Below are positions 30,086 through 39,396 of a stretch of 64,000 nt of DNA, one piece after another. The DNA is from Candidatus Iainarchaeum sp. Lineage in GTDB: Archaea > Iainarchaeota > Iainarchaeia > Iainarchaeales > GCA-2688035. Below the pieces are notes generated by a model. That model made no database searches. It saw only the letters and a list, made by a program, of their open reading frames with translations, and had not been told where the DNA came from. Position 1 is the stretch's first letter. Each line of letters starts with the position of its first letter. Made by a program: the position numbers and the translations under genes. The DNA lies in the NCBI GenBank assembly GCA_017610175.1, contig JAFCCO010000004.1, positions 18,206 to 82,205 on the forward strand, in the 5' to 3' direction.

Positions 30086-32275
30086 ATGAAAGACAAGATA
30101 ATTTTTTTAGGAATAGCAATAATGCTGATTGCAGTGGGAGTTCGCGCCGCAGAACTGAGCGGAGACTTTTCGCTTGAAGCAAAATGCGGGGAGGTAACAC
30201 CAACAATTTACGTGCTCTCAAATAACACATCAAGCACACAAACATATACAATCAGTGCAATCGGGGAAAACGCAGACTGGATTAATCTAAACGGAAAATG
30301 GATTGCATCCGACCCGCTTGAAATAACAATTAAAAAAAACTCATCCAAAGAACTTCACGCAATTATAAGCACTCAAGACTGTTACGTTGAGCCAGGCAAA
30401 TACACACTCACTGTGAAAGTTGACGGGCAAGAAACTGAAATAGAAATTGAGGTTATAAGCACAAGCAAGCTTGAACTCGAGGTTTCACCGACAGACGCAA
30501 GCATTACACAGTGCGAATCACAGGAGTTCACAGCAGAAGTTGAGAACACAGGCGAAACAGACGCATACGCAGAAATCTCTGTTTCAGGAATCCCAAGCGC
30601 ATGGGTTTCAATCAGGGAACCTGAATTCCTGCTTGAGAAAGGCGCAAAAAGGGAATTTTTATTCACAGTTGAACCCGCATGCGACGCACAGGTAATTCAG
30701 TACAAGTTCGACGTTGTTGCCGCAATAAGGAAAACATCGTTCAAGGCAACAGAGGAAATTGTAATTGACCTTGAGGACGCACAGAAAATTGCAATAACTG
30801 CAACAGATTTTAAGGCATGCATTGACTCCGCAAAAAGCGGAACAATCGAGGTCAAAAACAACGGTTTGCTTGAGGACGAGCTTGCGCTCAGCATAACAGG
30901 CGCAGGCTTTGCATCACTTGAGGAAACAAGCGTTTCACTTGAAGCAGGTGAAAGCGCATCAATTACAGTGAACTTTGAAGAGGGAGCTAACGCAGGCACT
31001 TACCCTGTAACTGTGAAAGCAAAGAGCACAAAGTTCAACAAAGAAAGCGCAGAAAACTTTGAGGTAGAGGTAAAGGACTGCTACAATGTTTCGGTTGGAA
31101 ACGTTGCCTCAAGCTTTGACGGAGAAGCAGCATGCCTTGAGGAAAACCCAAAGTATGTTTTCACACTCGAAAACGACAGCGAAAATGAGATTACAGTAAA
31201 GGCAAGCATTAAAGGAATTGAAGCAACTGTTGAGCCCGCAGAAATCACAATCTCGGCAGGGCAGAAAGCCGTTGTAGGGGCAGAAATAGACCTTGCAGCA
31301 GAAACAGCAGGGGAAAAGGAATTCACCCTACTGCTTGAAAGCGACCACTTCACAGCAGAGGAAAAATTCACACTGAAAGTGGAGGACTGCTACGCAATCG
31401 AGGTTGACTATGGTGCATTGCTTGAGCCAATCGACAAGAACGCGGACTGCGCTCCGGAGCCAATCACAGTAACTGTGACGAACACAGGCTCAAAGCAGAA
31501 CAGCGTTAAGGCGGAATTGACCGGCCCCAAGTGGGTTACAATGCAGCCAATTGCAGCCTCACTTGAGTCAGGCGAGGAAACAGGCTTCTTTGTGTACATC
31601 ACACCCCCCTACAATGTAAAGGAAGGAAAACACAGCGCCAAGCTGACTTTCCAGACAGAGGACTTTAAGGGCAGCCAGGAAATTGAAATAAACGTCTACG
31701 GGGGGCTTTACGCAGACCTTGGAAAGGCAAGCGTTTCAGCAAACAGTTCACTCGAAAACCTTCTCGAAGAGGTTGACAGGACAGTTGAAGTAAAGCTAAG
31801 CATTACAAACGACAGCAATGCATTGCTTAGGGTCGAGGACATTAACGTCCAGGGCTTCTATGCAGAGGACACATTCACCGAAGCAGTTCTGCAGCCGAAT
31901 GAAACCGTTGAAACCACAGTAAAGCTTTACCTTGGAAAGGGCTGGGAGCTTGAAGAGTTTCCTGTAACTGTGCACTTCCTAACCAACAAGGGAATTGTTG
32001 AACGGGAGATAACGGTTGACCTAAACCCCAAAGAGAAAGAGGAAGTTCAGATTGCCACAGTTGGCCTTTTCGGGCTTGCAAACGCAAGGAACGCAGTTCT
32101 TGTTGCAATAGTTGCAATAGTGATTGCCCTTGCAGTTGTGGCAGGACTAAGGCTCAGCAGGCCAAAGCCAAGCGCCACCCTTTCAAGCCTTGCAGACCAA
32201 GTCCACGCAGAGCCTGGCAAAAAGCTTGAACAGATAGGGAAGAAAAAGGTCAGAAAAAGGGCAAAGAAGAAATAA
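30086..32275 (+). CDS. Large acidic surface protein with repeated Ig-like domains and C-terminal TM
   Basis: Signal peptide, repeats ending VKDC/VEDC, TM, Lys/Arg-rich tail. Confidence 0.75.
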   Translation: MKDKIIFLGIAIMLIAVGVRAAELSGDFSLEAKCGEVTPTIYVLSNNTSSTQTYTISAIGENADWINLNGKWIASDPLEITIKKNSSKELHAIISTQDCYVEPGKYTLTVKVDGQETEIEIEVISTSKLELEVSPTDASITQCESQEFTAEVENTGETDAYAEISVSGIPSAWVSIREPEFLLEKGAKREFLFTVEPACDAQVIQYKFDVVAAIRKTSFKATEEIVIDLEDAQKIAITATDFKACIDSAKSGTIEVKNNGLLEDELALSITGAGFASLEETSVSLEAGESASITVNFEEGANAGTYPVTVKAKSTKFNKESAENFEVEVKDCYNVSVGNVASSFDGEAACLEENPKYVFTLENDSENEITVKASIKGIEATVEPAEITISAGQKAVVGAEIDLAAETAGEKEFTLLLESDHFTAEEKFTLKVEDCYAIEVDYGALLEPIDKNADCAPEPITVTVTNTGSKQNSVKAELTGPKWVTMQPIAASLESGEETGFFVYITPPYNVKEGKHSAKLTFQTEDFKGSQEIEINVYGGLYADLGKASVSANSSLENLLEEVDRTVEVKLSITNDSNALLRVEDINVQGFYAEDTFTEAVLQPNETVETTVKLYLGKGWELEEFPVTVHFLTNKGIVEREITVDLNPKEKEEVQIATVGLFGLANARNAVLVAIVAIVIALAVVAGLRLSRPKPSATLSSLADQVHAEPGKKLEQIGKKKVRKRAKKK

Positions 32276-32299
32276 AAGAGCCCTTTTCAACTTCTTTTT

Positions 32300-33586
32300 T
32301 TACTTTGAAAGGCTGGCAAAAACCTTGTTGTCAAGCATTGCAACAGCTTCAATTAGAGAGTCTATTTGCTGCAGTGAAACTGTAATGCTTGCCTTGTGGC
32401 CTTTGTCCGCAGCAGCGCATTTGTCTGCAGCAGTTGCCTGACAAACACAAAAGCTTTGCTGCTCAGCACTAGTTCCAGTCCAGCTCAGCCCCGACCATTC
32501 GTGAACCTTTGATGCCTTGAATGCATCATAGCCTATCGTGGCCTCAGCGGTTCCGCTGCAGCCTGCATTCTTGAACAGGAAAAGCTTTGAGGTTGCTTCG
32601 CCCTTAAGGTTTGTTATTTTGAGCTTGAATGTTTCCTTGTTGATTAAGGTTACCGAACCAGAGTTCTGAGCAGGCTTTGTTTCACTACTGGCTCCAATAT
32701 ACTGAACTTGCAGGTCTGAAACAGGCGCGCCCTCTTTTATTTCAAAAAAGACGCCAGTAAATTCAATACCCTGCTGTGGAGTGTACACAATCATAACATA
32801 CTGGCCAACTGGTTTACTATTAATCATACTAAGTGCTGCTGAAGTTAAAGGCCTTGAAACCGCGGTGCCTTTGTTGACTTTGGAGTCAGAAACACCCAAA
32901 TCATCTGTTAAGTTAAACTTGTCTGCATTAAGGGTAGCCATTGCACCTTCAAGAGTGCTTCCTACCGGAAAGGCGTTTTTTGAAATGCGAAAAACGTACC
33001 CTGTGGGCAATTCTTCGTTTGCAGTGAATGAAACTGTTGCCTCTGCGGTTGAATTTTTAATAAACGGGGATGGTGAAATCGTTATGTTTGAAACAGGAGT
33101 TGAAGCTGACGGTGTTTCCCCCCTTAAGGTTGTTTTAACAAAGTCAGCATATTCTTGGTTAACCTTAATTGTAAAGTCCTTAATTTGGTTATCCTGTCCC
33201 CAATTATCAATACACGCAAATTTGATATTAATTTCTTTTCCACCACCAACATTAAAAGCAATCCATCCCGTATTGTCGCCATCAGTACAAGTAAAACTTT
33301 GCTCTTGCCAATCACTAGCGCTCTTGAGAACCGAAGCCTTATAAGATAATTCATCACCGCTTTCACCAGTCCCCTTCATAGTAAATATTTTGTCTCCACT
33401 CCCAGTGTCTACAATATTAAGCCAATTTCCTTCACCAAAATCAAGGGTCATCTTTTCACTAAAAGAGACCTCGCTAGTGCTTATTGCGTCAAACGACTTG
33501 TCATAATTAGCTGCAGCCAAAACAAAAACAGCTACCAAAATTAGACTGCAGATAAGAATTAATTTGCCCCAATTATTTTTCCTCAT
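32300..33586 (-). CDS. Secreted hypothetical protein
   Basis: Signal peptide; beta-rich Cys-containing domains; no TM anchor. Confidence 0.7.
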   Translation of the reverse strand: MRKNNWGKLILICSLILVAVFVLAAANYDKSFDAISTSEVSFSEKMTLDFGEGNWLNIVDTGSGDKIFTMKGTGESGDELSYKASVLKSASDWQEQSFTCTDGDNTGWIAFNVGGGKEINIKFACIDNWGQDNQIKDFTIKVNQEYADFVKTTLRGETPSASTPVSNITISPSPFIKNSTAEATVSFTANEELPTGYVFRISKNAFPVGSTLEGAMATLNADKFNLTDDLGVSDSKVNKGTAVSRPLTSAALSMINSKPVGQYVMIVYTPQQGIEFTGVFFEIKEGAPVSDLQVQYIGASSETKPAQNSGSVTLINKETFKLKITNLKGEATSKLFLFKNAGCSGTAEATIGYDAFKASKVHEWSGLSWTGTSAEQQSFCVCQATAADKCAAADKGHKASITVSLQQIDSLIEAVAMLDNKVFASLSK

Positions 33587-33672
33587 AAAAGCACCTAACT
33601 TCAATAAATTAATCTCTTTAAGTTATATTAATACTTTCCTGCTTTTTAAAGGTTTTTATTGCGTTAAATTGG

Positions 33673-35418
33673 TTATTTGCCAAGTTCTTCCGCAATTTTC
33701 TCGCTGATTCTTGCAAGTGCCTCAAGCACGGTTTTTAGTCCCACAGGAACATCAGGTGGGTCGGGGGACGCCTTTAGCTTGACATCGAGCTTTGTTGATG
33801 CATCAGTAAGCATTATGTTAACGGCTTCATTGCCCTTTTCATAGAACTTTGCACGCACATCTATGGTGTACGGACTCTCCGCAGTCTTCAATGCAATATG
33901 GCCGCGGGGCATCTCCAAACCATCTGCCCTGTTAGGAGTCAAGCCGGAATTAAAATTTGGCCACAAAACGTAAACGTTCCCCTCAGAAGCTTCCTGCTCC
34001 GCCTTCCTAAAAGTATAGAAATCAATAATGTCGTCGTCCTTATTCCAGAGGGTCACACTGTATTGATACAAAAACTTTGACTTGGATCCGTCCTCAAAAT
34101 AGAAGCCCTGCACATTGTAAAATTGAGCACAAACATTGAACACCGCCGGCCTTTCCTCAGAAGCTTCAGGAATCTCAACTTCCTCAAGAGTTGATGAATC
34201 GCATGCAAACACAACCATAAAAGGAAGCCTTTGCTTTTCAGCCTCGGTTTCAAACTTTGCCTGAAGCGTTCCGGTGGGATAGGTCACAAAAACAAGGTAT
34301 GCCTTGTTTGCCACAAGATCTGCTTTGTTAAAGGTCAGCATGGTCTGCCCCGCAACACCTGCCTTTAGGTCAAATTGAGCGGGCTGCATTTCAAAGGCAA
34401 CATCTTTACCACCCTCAAATGATTTAACCGAAATGTGCTCCTTCAAAAGTGTGTGGTCAGAGGGAAGTGTAACTGTTACAGTTACTGCAACCTCGTCACC
34501 AAAAAGCTCTAGCATTTGTGGCTCGAGAACAAGAGTTGCCTCAATGCTTTTGCCTGCCTCAGTTACTGCCTCAACAATATCCGATTCTGCAAGGACAACG
34601 TTGGATGCGTCAAATGCAGCAAGCCTGAAGAAGTAAGTCTTCCCCGCTTCAAGCTTGTCAACAATGAAAGATGTTGCCCCCTCGAATGCAACCCATCTTT
34701 GGTTAGCAACCTTGGCATAGTCCCCTTCAAGATCAGCCCTGTTTTCGGAGTAGAAAACTCGCAGGAACTTAAGGTTTGCGTGTTCGTACTTTATCCAGCC
34801 AAGCTCTGCACTTGATTCGCCGGCAGTTGCGGCAAGACCTGCTATTTTTTCAATTGTGCCCGCTACCCTTGCCTGCTGTGTCGCCGCCGCAGCCGCCGCA
34901 GATTTTCTTTCCTGCTCTGCAATCTGCTGCAGTTCAGCTGCGGTTCTCTTTTGGGTTTGAATCACTTCACCCTCGGACTTAACCGCAGGATCCTCGGCGA
35001 TGAGAATTGTTTTGGGATAGGACTCATCAATCTGGGTTCCGCTGGAATTGAACACGTCAATTTTGTAGAAATACTTGACCTGCACTGTTTTCACATCATC
35101 CACGGTTACAGGCTTTCCAAGCCTTTGAGATGCAAGGCGCGCATAGGCCTCAAGATATGCCTGCCTGTCAACAGAGTCCTCAAAAGAAAGCTCCGCGGTT
35201 TTGCCAACCTCCTTAAACGAGCCGTCTACAAACAGGCCCTTTCTTGAAATTCCGTACTGCTTTGCGGCGTCACTGTAGGAATTCCATTTTAACGAAACCT
35301 TTCCTGCAGTGTAGGATAACTGGAATGATTCCAAAAATTTTTCCCTGGGCGTTTGTTCTGCAAAAGCAAGCGAAGAAAAAAGCAGAAGAAGCGCTGCAAT
35401 GAGAATTGCTTTACGCAC
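33673..35418 (-). CDS. Secreted protein with fibronectin type III-like domains
   Basis: GGAGGT SD before GTG 35418; VSLKW, LEAGKTYFFRLAAFD. Confidence 0.75.
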   Translation of the reverse strand: MRKAILIAALLLLFSSLAFAEQTPREKFLESFQLSYTAGKVSLKWNSYSDAAKQYGISRKGLFVDGSFKEVGKTAELSFEDSVDRQAYLEAYARLASQRLGKPVTVDDVKTVQVKYFYKIDVFNSSGTQIDESYPKTILIAEDPAVKSEGEVIQTQKRTAAELQQIAEQERKSAAAAAATQQARVAGTIEKIAGLAATAGESSAELGWIKYEHANLKFLRVFYSENRADLEGDYAKVANQRWVAFEGATSFIVDKLEAGKTYFFRLAAFDASNVVLAESDIVEAVTEAGKSIEATLVLEPQMLELFGDEVAVTVTVTLPSDHTLLKEHISVKSFEGGKDVAFEMQPAQFDLKAGVAGQTMLTFNKADLVANKAYLVFVTYPTGTLQAKFETEAEKQRLPFMVVFACDSSTLEEVEIPEASEERPAVFNVCAQFYNVQGFYFEDGSKSKFLYQYSVTLWNKDDDIIDFYTFRKAEQEASEGNVYVLWPNFNSGLTPNRADGLEMPRGHIALKTAESPYTIDVRAKFYEKGNEAVNIMLTDASTKLDVKLKASPDPPDVPVGLKTVLEALARISEKIAEELGK

Positions 35419-36013
35419 CGCAACCGACCTCCGTTTCCTCAACCAAAACTATTCCTGAAAAGTAGGCGTTGGCCATACTCTGCTTTTCAACCCTAATGCT
35501 TGGAACAAAAAACAGCTCGTTTGCCTCGGGGTAAAGTGAGCGGTATTCGTTAATAGACTCTGACAAATCAATTGCGATGGCGTAAGCTTCGCCCATTGCA
35601 GTAACCGTTTCGTTCATCTTGGGCAGCAAAACACAGGTATCCCCATCCTCAAAGTTATCTGAAACCGAGAGCTCGGACGCTATTTCACCAAGCCCCCTTG
35701 ACTTAAGCTCAAGTCTGATTTTTGAGTTAAGAATTTCGATGAGTAGGAGAGCTGCTTTGGAGTCAACGCTTTCTGGAAAGGCCTCAATTCGCTCGGCTTC
35801 AGAGGCAAGCTCGGACTTGAATGAAAAAAGCTGCGCCTTTTCAGCTGTTGAAAGGTCCTCAATGTCAACATTTTCTTCAGCCGCAAGTGTGCGAATATTC
35901 AGGACCTCTTGTTCAAAGGAAAACTCTTCTCCCGCCGCAAAAAGCAAAAGTACTGCGCCAACTATGAAAATAGCTGCAATACCCAATCCGGCACTAGCTA
36001 ATTTTGAAACCAA
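35411..36013 (-). CDS. Membrane-anchored helical hypothetical protein
   Basis: GGAGG SD before TTG; N-terminal TM. Confidence 0.65.
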   Translation of the reverse strand: MVSKLASAGLGIAAIFIVGAVLLLFAAGEEFSFEQEVLNIRTLAAEENVDIEDLSTAEKAQLFSFKSELASEAERIEAFPESVDSKAALLLIEILNSKIRLELKSRGLGEIASELSVSDNFEDGDTCVLLPKMNETVTAMGEAYAIAIDLSESINEYRSLYPEANELFFVPSIRVEKQSMANAYFSGIVLVEETEVGCGA

Positions 36014-36106
36014 AAAAATCCTCCTTTCAGCTGATAAAATAAGGGTTTGGCAATTATTAATCTTTCCGCTTTTAAAGAATTTCCGTTCACATAAGTACTG
36101 ATTTTA

Positions 36107-37036
36107 ATGGCTGAAAGCAGTATTAATTTGGCAATAATTGGCTCAGGCCCCGCAGGGATTACCGCAGGAATTTACGCCGCAAGAAAAAACCTTAGCGTGC
36201 GGGTTTTTGAGAGCGCTGCTTTGGGTGGACAGACATCGCTTGCAATCTTTGTGGAAAACTATCCCGGAACAAAGAGAATTCGCGGCTCTGAATTAATGGA
36301 CCAATGGGCAGAGCACTTGAAAGAGTTTGGGGTGGAAGTAGAGGAAGCAAACGGGATTAAAAGCGTTAAGAAGATTAACGGCGGATTTGAGCTTGTTACA
36401 GATGAAAAGGAAACCGTTAATGCAAAGGCCGTGCTGGTTGTAACCGGAACAGAAAACAAGAAGCTTGGAATTCCCGGCGAAAAAGAGCTTTACGGAAAAG
36501 GAATTTCATACTGTGCCAACTGCGACGGCCCCGTTTACAAGGGAAAGAAGGTTGCAGTAATTGGCGGGGGAAATTCGGGAGTGACAAACGGGCTGTTCAT
36601 AGAAGAAATTGCGGCAGAAACAATGCTTATTGAATTTATGCCGGAACTAAACTGCGATGAAGTTTATTTGCCAAAGCTTGAGAAAAGCAAGATTAGGGTT
36701 TTGAAGAACACGCAGGCGCTTGAAGTTAAGGGAGAAGAGCGAGTGCAGGCACTAAAAGTAAAGGACAGGGCAACAGGGAAGGAAAGCGAGATTGCCGTTG
36801 ATGGAATTTTTATCTACGTTGGGTTAGAGCCGAGGAACAGGCTTGCAAAAGAGCTTGGATGCAAGCTGGACAAGTGGGGCTTCATTGAAACAAGTGTGGA
36901 GCAGGCAAGTTCTGTAAAGGGCGTGTTTGCGGCAGGAGACATTGTTTCAGGCACTTTGGCTCAGACAGTGTGGGCGGCGGCAAGCGGTGCAAGGGCGGCT
37001 CTTGCAGCCTACGACTTCATAAAACAAGGCAAGTAG
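36107..37036 (+). CDS. trxB: Thioredoxin reductase
   Basis: GSGPAG, CANCDG, GGGNSG, FAAGD. Confidence 0.93.
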   Translation: MAESSINLAIIGSGPAGITAGIYAARKNLSVRVFESAALGGQTSLAIFVENYPGTKRIRGSELMDQWAEHLKEFGVEVEEANGIKSVKKINGGFELVTDEKETVNAKAVLVVTGTENKKLGIPGEKELYGKGISYCANCDGPVYKGKKVAVIGGGNSGVTNGLFIEEIAAETMLIEFMPELNCDEVYLPKLEKSKIRVLKNTQALEVKGEERVQALKVKDRATGKESEIAVDGIFIYVGLEPRNRLAKELGCKLDKWGFIETSVEQASSVKGVFAAGDIVSGTLAQTVWAAASGARAALAAYDFIKQGK

Positions 37037-37044
37037 AAAGCCTT

Positions 37045-37077
37045 TTATATAATATGTTATATAACATGTTGCATATG
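37045..37077 (+). promoter_or_regulatory. Probable operator of the RHH gene
   Basis: TTATATAAYATG direct repeat x2 and perfect palindrome ATGTTATATAACAT (37054-37067) just before ATG 37075. Confidence 0.5.
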
Positions 37078-37323
37078 AAGCACTATTCTTTGGTGATTGA
37101 GCCCAGGCTTATCAAAGAAGTTGATGCATTGATTAAAAAACATGGACTCTACAGCAGCAGAAGCGACTTCATAAGGGACGCAATAAGACAGCGCTTAATT
37201 GAAATTAAGCAAATTATGGGCGAACAGCAGGAAGAAGATGAAAAATTATCCGCAAAGGAAAGGAAAGAGCAGGAAATGCTCGAGAAGGCAATAGACGAAT
37301 TCAAGTACCGCGGTGTCTACTAA
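37075..37323 (+). CDS. Ribbon-helix-helix (CopG family) regulator
   Basis: YSLVIE..LIKEVDALI..GLYSSRSDFIRDAIR. Confidence 0.85.
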   Translation: MKHYSLVIEPRLIKEVDALIKKHGLYSSRSDFIRDAIRQRLIEIKQIMGEQQEEDEKLSAKERKEQEMLEKAIDEFKYRGVY

Positions 37324-37372
37324 CTAATTAAGCTTTTTAATGCTTTGAGACCCATTAATAGCGGGTCGGGAT

Positions 37373-38200
37373 ATGGCATTTTCAGGAAAAAAAGACAAAC
37401 ACACAGTCCTAATTCTATCCGAACAGGAATCAAGGGATTCTGGAATTGAGCTCAACAAAGAGTACGAGCTGGTTAATGCAAAAAAGGGAATCTGGCTCAT
37501 GGTTGAAACAGGCAATGCAAAGGAAACGCAGCCAAAGCCGGCTGAGGAAAAGCCTGTTGAAAAGGAAGAGCAGAAAGCCAAACCAAAAAAGAGCCCTCGC
37601 GAAGTTGAACTTGAGGCAAAGATTGTCGAAATGATTGACTCACTCCCCTTGGGTGAGCGGGTTGAGGGAAAATTCGAGGAAAAGCTCAGCGAAGAGGAAA
37701 AGCCCGTTTTTGAAGCAATGATTAAAGAGAGCCAAGTGGTGGCATTCAGGTTAAGCAACAAATACAAGAAAGCGGTTTACAAGCTTGCGGCCGAGAAAGC
37801 CGGGGCTGCGAAGGATTCAGGAGTGAAGGACGCTGAGAGAACAGGAGCCCCTGAAAAAAAGATTGAGGAATACTCTCTTGAAAAAGACGGAATCATGGTA
37901 ATCAAAAACGAGCAGAGGGCAAAAAGCATTTCAGCGCGGCTCAGCAAAGAGATTAAAGAGGGAAAAATTAAGGGAATTCGCGGATTTGACGGCGTGTTCT
38001 ATGTGGTGGAGGAGGAGCTCTACAAAAAATACAGGGAGCTCGCACTTAAGGAACTAAGGGTGAAGGAAAAACTTGCGCTCAACGACATTGCGCAAAAAAT
38101 AGGGGTCTCAAAGACTCTTGCAAGAATAGTTTGTGAATTTTTAAAGGACGAAGGCGAGATAATTGAAAAAAGCAAAGAAACCTACCAGTTCATCAGCTGA
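37373..38200 (+). CDS. Hypothetical protein with C-terminal winged HTH
   Basis: LNDIAQKIGVSKTLARIVCEFLKDEGEI. Confidence 0.65.
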   Translation: MAFSGKKDKHTVLILSEQESRDSGIELNKEYELVNAKKGIWLMVETGNAKETQPKPAEEKPVEKEEQKAKPKKSPREVELEAKIVEMIDSLPLGERVEGKFEEKLSEEEKPVFEAMIKESQVVAFRLSNKYKKAVYKLAAEKAGAAKDSGVKDAERTGAPEKKIEEYSLEKDGIMVIKNEQRAKSISARLSKEIKEGKIKGIRGFDGVFYVVEEELYKKYRELALKELRVKEKLALNDIAQKIGVSKTLARIVCEFLKDEGEIIEKSKETYQFIS

Positions 38201-38612
38201 AAAGAAAGAGTGGAAACGCACATTGATTCCGCTTGTTTCGGGAAAAGAAAATGACGACTATTTTATCAGGCGCGCAGGCGAGGGCGCGGATGAGCTTGTG
38301 CTGCTTCTGGTTGTTGACACTGCCGCAATGCCTGGCGGGTTTGGGTTTGCCGCATCAGAGATAGGGCACGGCAACGCATTAATGGAGGAAATTAAGGAAA
38401 CCGCAAAAAAGCATGTGCGCGAATGCAAGGACATCGTTGAGTGGGGGGACACCGAATCAAAAATAACCCACCTGATTCAGTTAAAAGAAATTAAGCGCGT
38501 CTTCCTTATAAAGCAGGACAACGAATTTTTTAAAAATCTTGTAAAGGCGATTGGTAAAAATACAAATGCAGAGGTTGAATTGGTTGAGCTGGAGGAAATG
38601 AAAGATGAGTGA
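38163..38612 (+). CDS. Universal stress protein-like
   Basis: TLIPL, LLLVVD, VEWGD pattern; start uncertain. Confidence 0.6.
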   Translation: MKKAKKPTSSSAEKKEWKRTLIPLVSGKENDDYFIRRAGEGADELVLLLVVDTAAMPGGFGFAASEIGHGNALMEEIKETAKKHVRECKDIVEWGDTESKITHLIQLKEIKRVFLIKQDNEFFKNLVKAIGKNTNAEVELVELEEMKDE

Positions 38613-39396
38613 CCTGCTTGAAGTTGCAAAGAAAGCCGCAAGGGCGGGCGGAAAGGTTGCAATGAAATATTTTGGGACAGATGTTGAATTTGAAACAAAG
38701 GAAGACAAAACATTTGTGAGTGTTGCAGACCGCGAGTCAGAGGAAGAAATCAGAAAAATTGTTAGCGCCAAGTTTCCAAAACACGAAATCAAGGGAGAGG
38801 AAGGCAGTGAAACAGGGAAAAGCAACATTGTGTGGCACGTTGACCCGATTGACGGCACAAGCAACTTCAAAAACAACATCCCCCTAAGTGCAGTTTCAAT
38901 CGGGATTGAAAAGGACGGGGAGTTTATAGTGGGAGTTGTTTACCACCCCCACGTTGACGAACTGTATCACGCTGAAAAGGGAAAGGGGGCTTTTCTGAAC
39001 GGAAAGCCAATCAAAGTAAATTCATTCACCCCGAACGAAGGGATTATTGTAATCGATTCATCCTTTCGGGGGGACAGAGTTCCAAGAAAGTACAAGGCCT
39101 TTGGGGGGATATTGAAAAGATGCTCGCGCTACAGGATGATTGGCTGCGCATCGCTTCAGCTCTGCTGGCTTGCGCGCGGAAACTTTGTTTCATCACTCTC
39201 TGACGCCATCCACTCCTTCGACTTTGCGGCAGGAGCGGTTATTGTAAGGGAAGCGGGCGGCATTGTAACCGACACGCTTGGAAACGAATTGAGCGCAGAC
39301 TCAAAAGCAATTGTTGCATCAAACAATAAAGAGAACCACAAAATGGTTGTGGACGTTACAAAACAGTTTTACAAGGGGTACAAGGGAATTGATTAA
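38605..39396 (+). CDS. suhB: Inositol monophosphatase family
   Basis: GEEG, VDPIDGTSNF, FDFAAGAVIVREAGG. Confidence 0.9.
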   Translation: MSDLLEVAKKAARAGGKVAMKYFGTDVEFETKEDKTFVSVADRESEEEIRKIVSAKFPKHEIKGEEGSETGKSNIVWHVDPIDGTSNFKNNIPLSAVSIGIEKDGEFIVGVVYHPHVDELYHAEKGKGAFLNGKPIKVNSFTPNEGIIVIDSSFRGDRVPRKYKAFGGILKRCSRYRMIGCASLQLCWLARGNFVSSLSDAIHSFDFAAGAVIVREAGGIVTDTLGNELSADSKAIVASNNKENHKMVVDVTKQFYKGYKGID

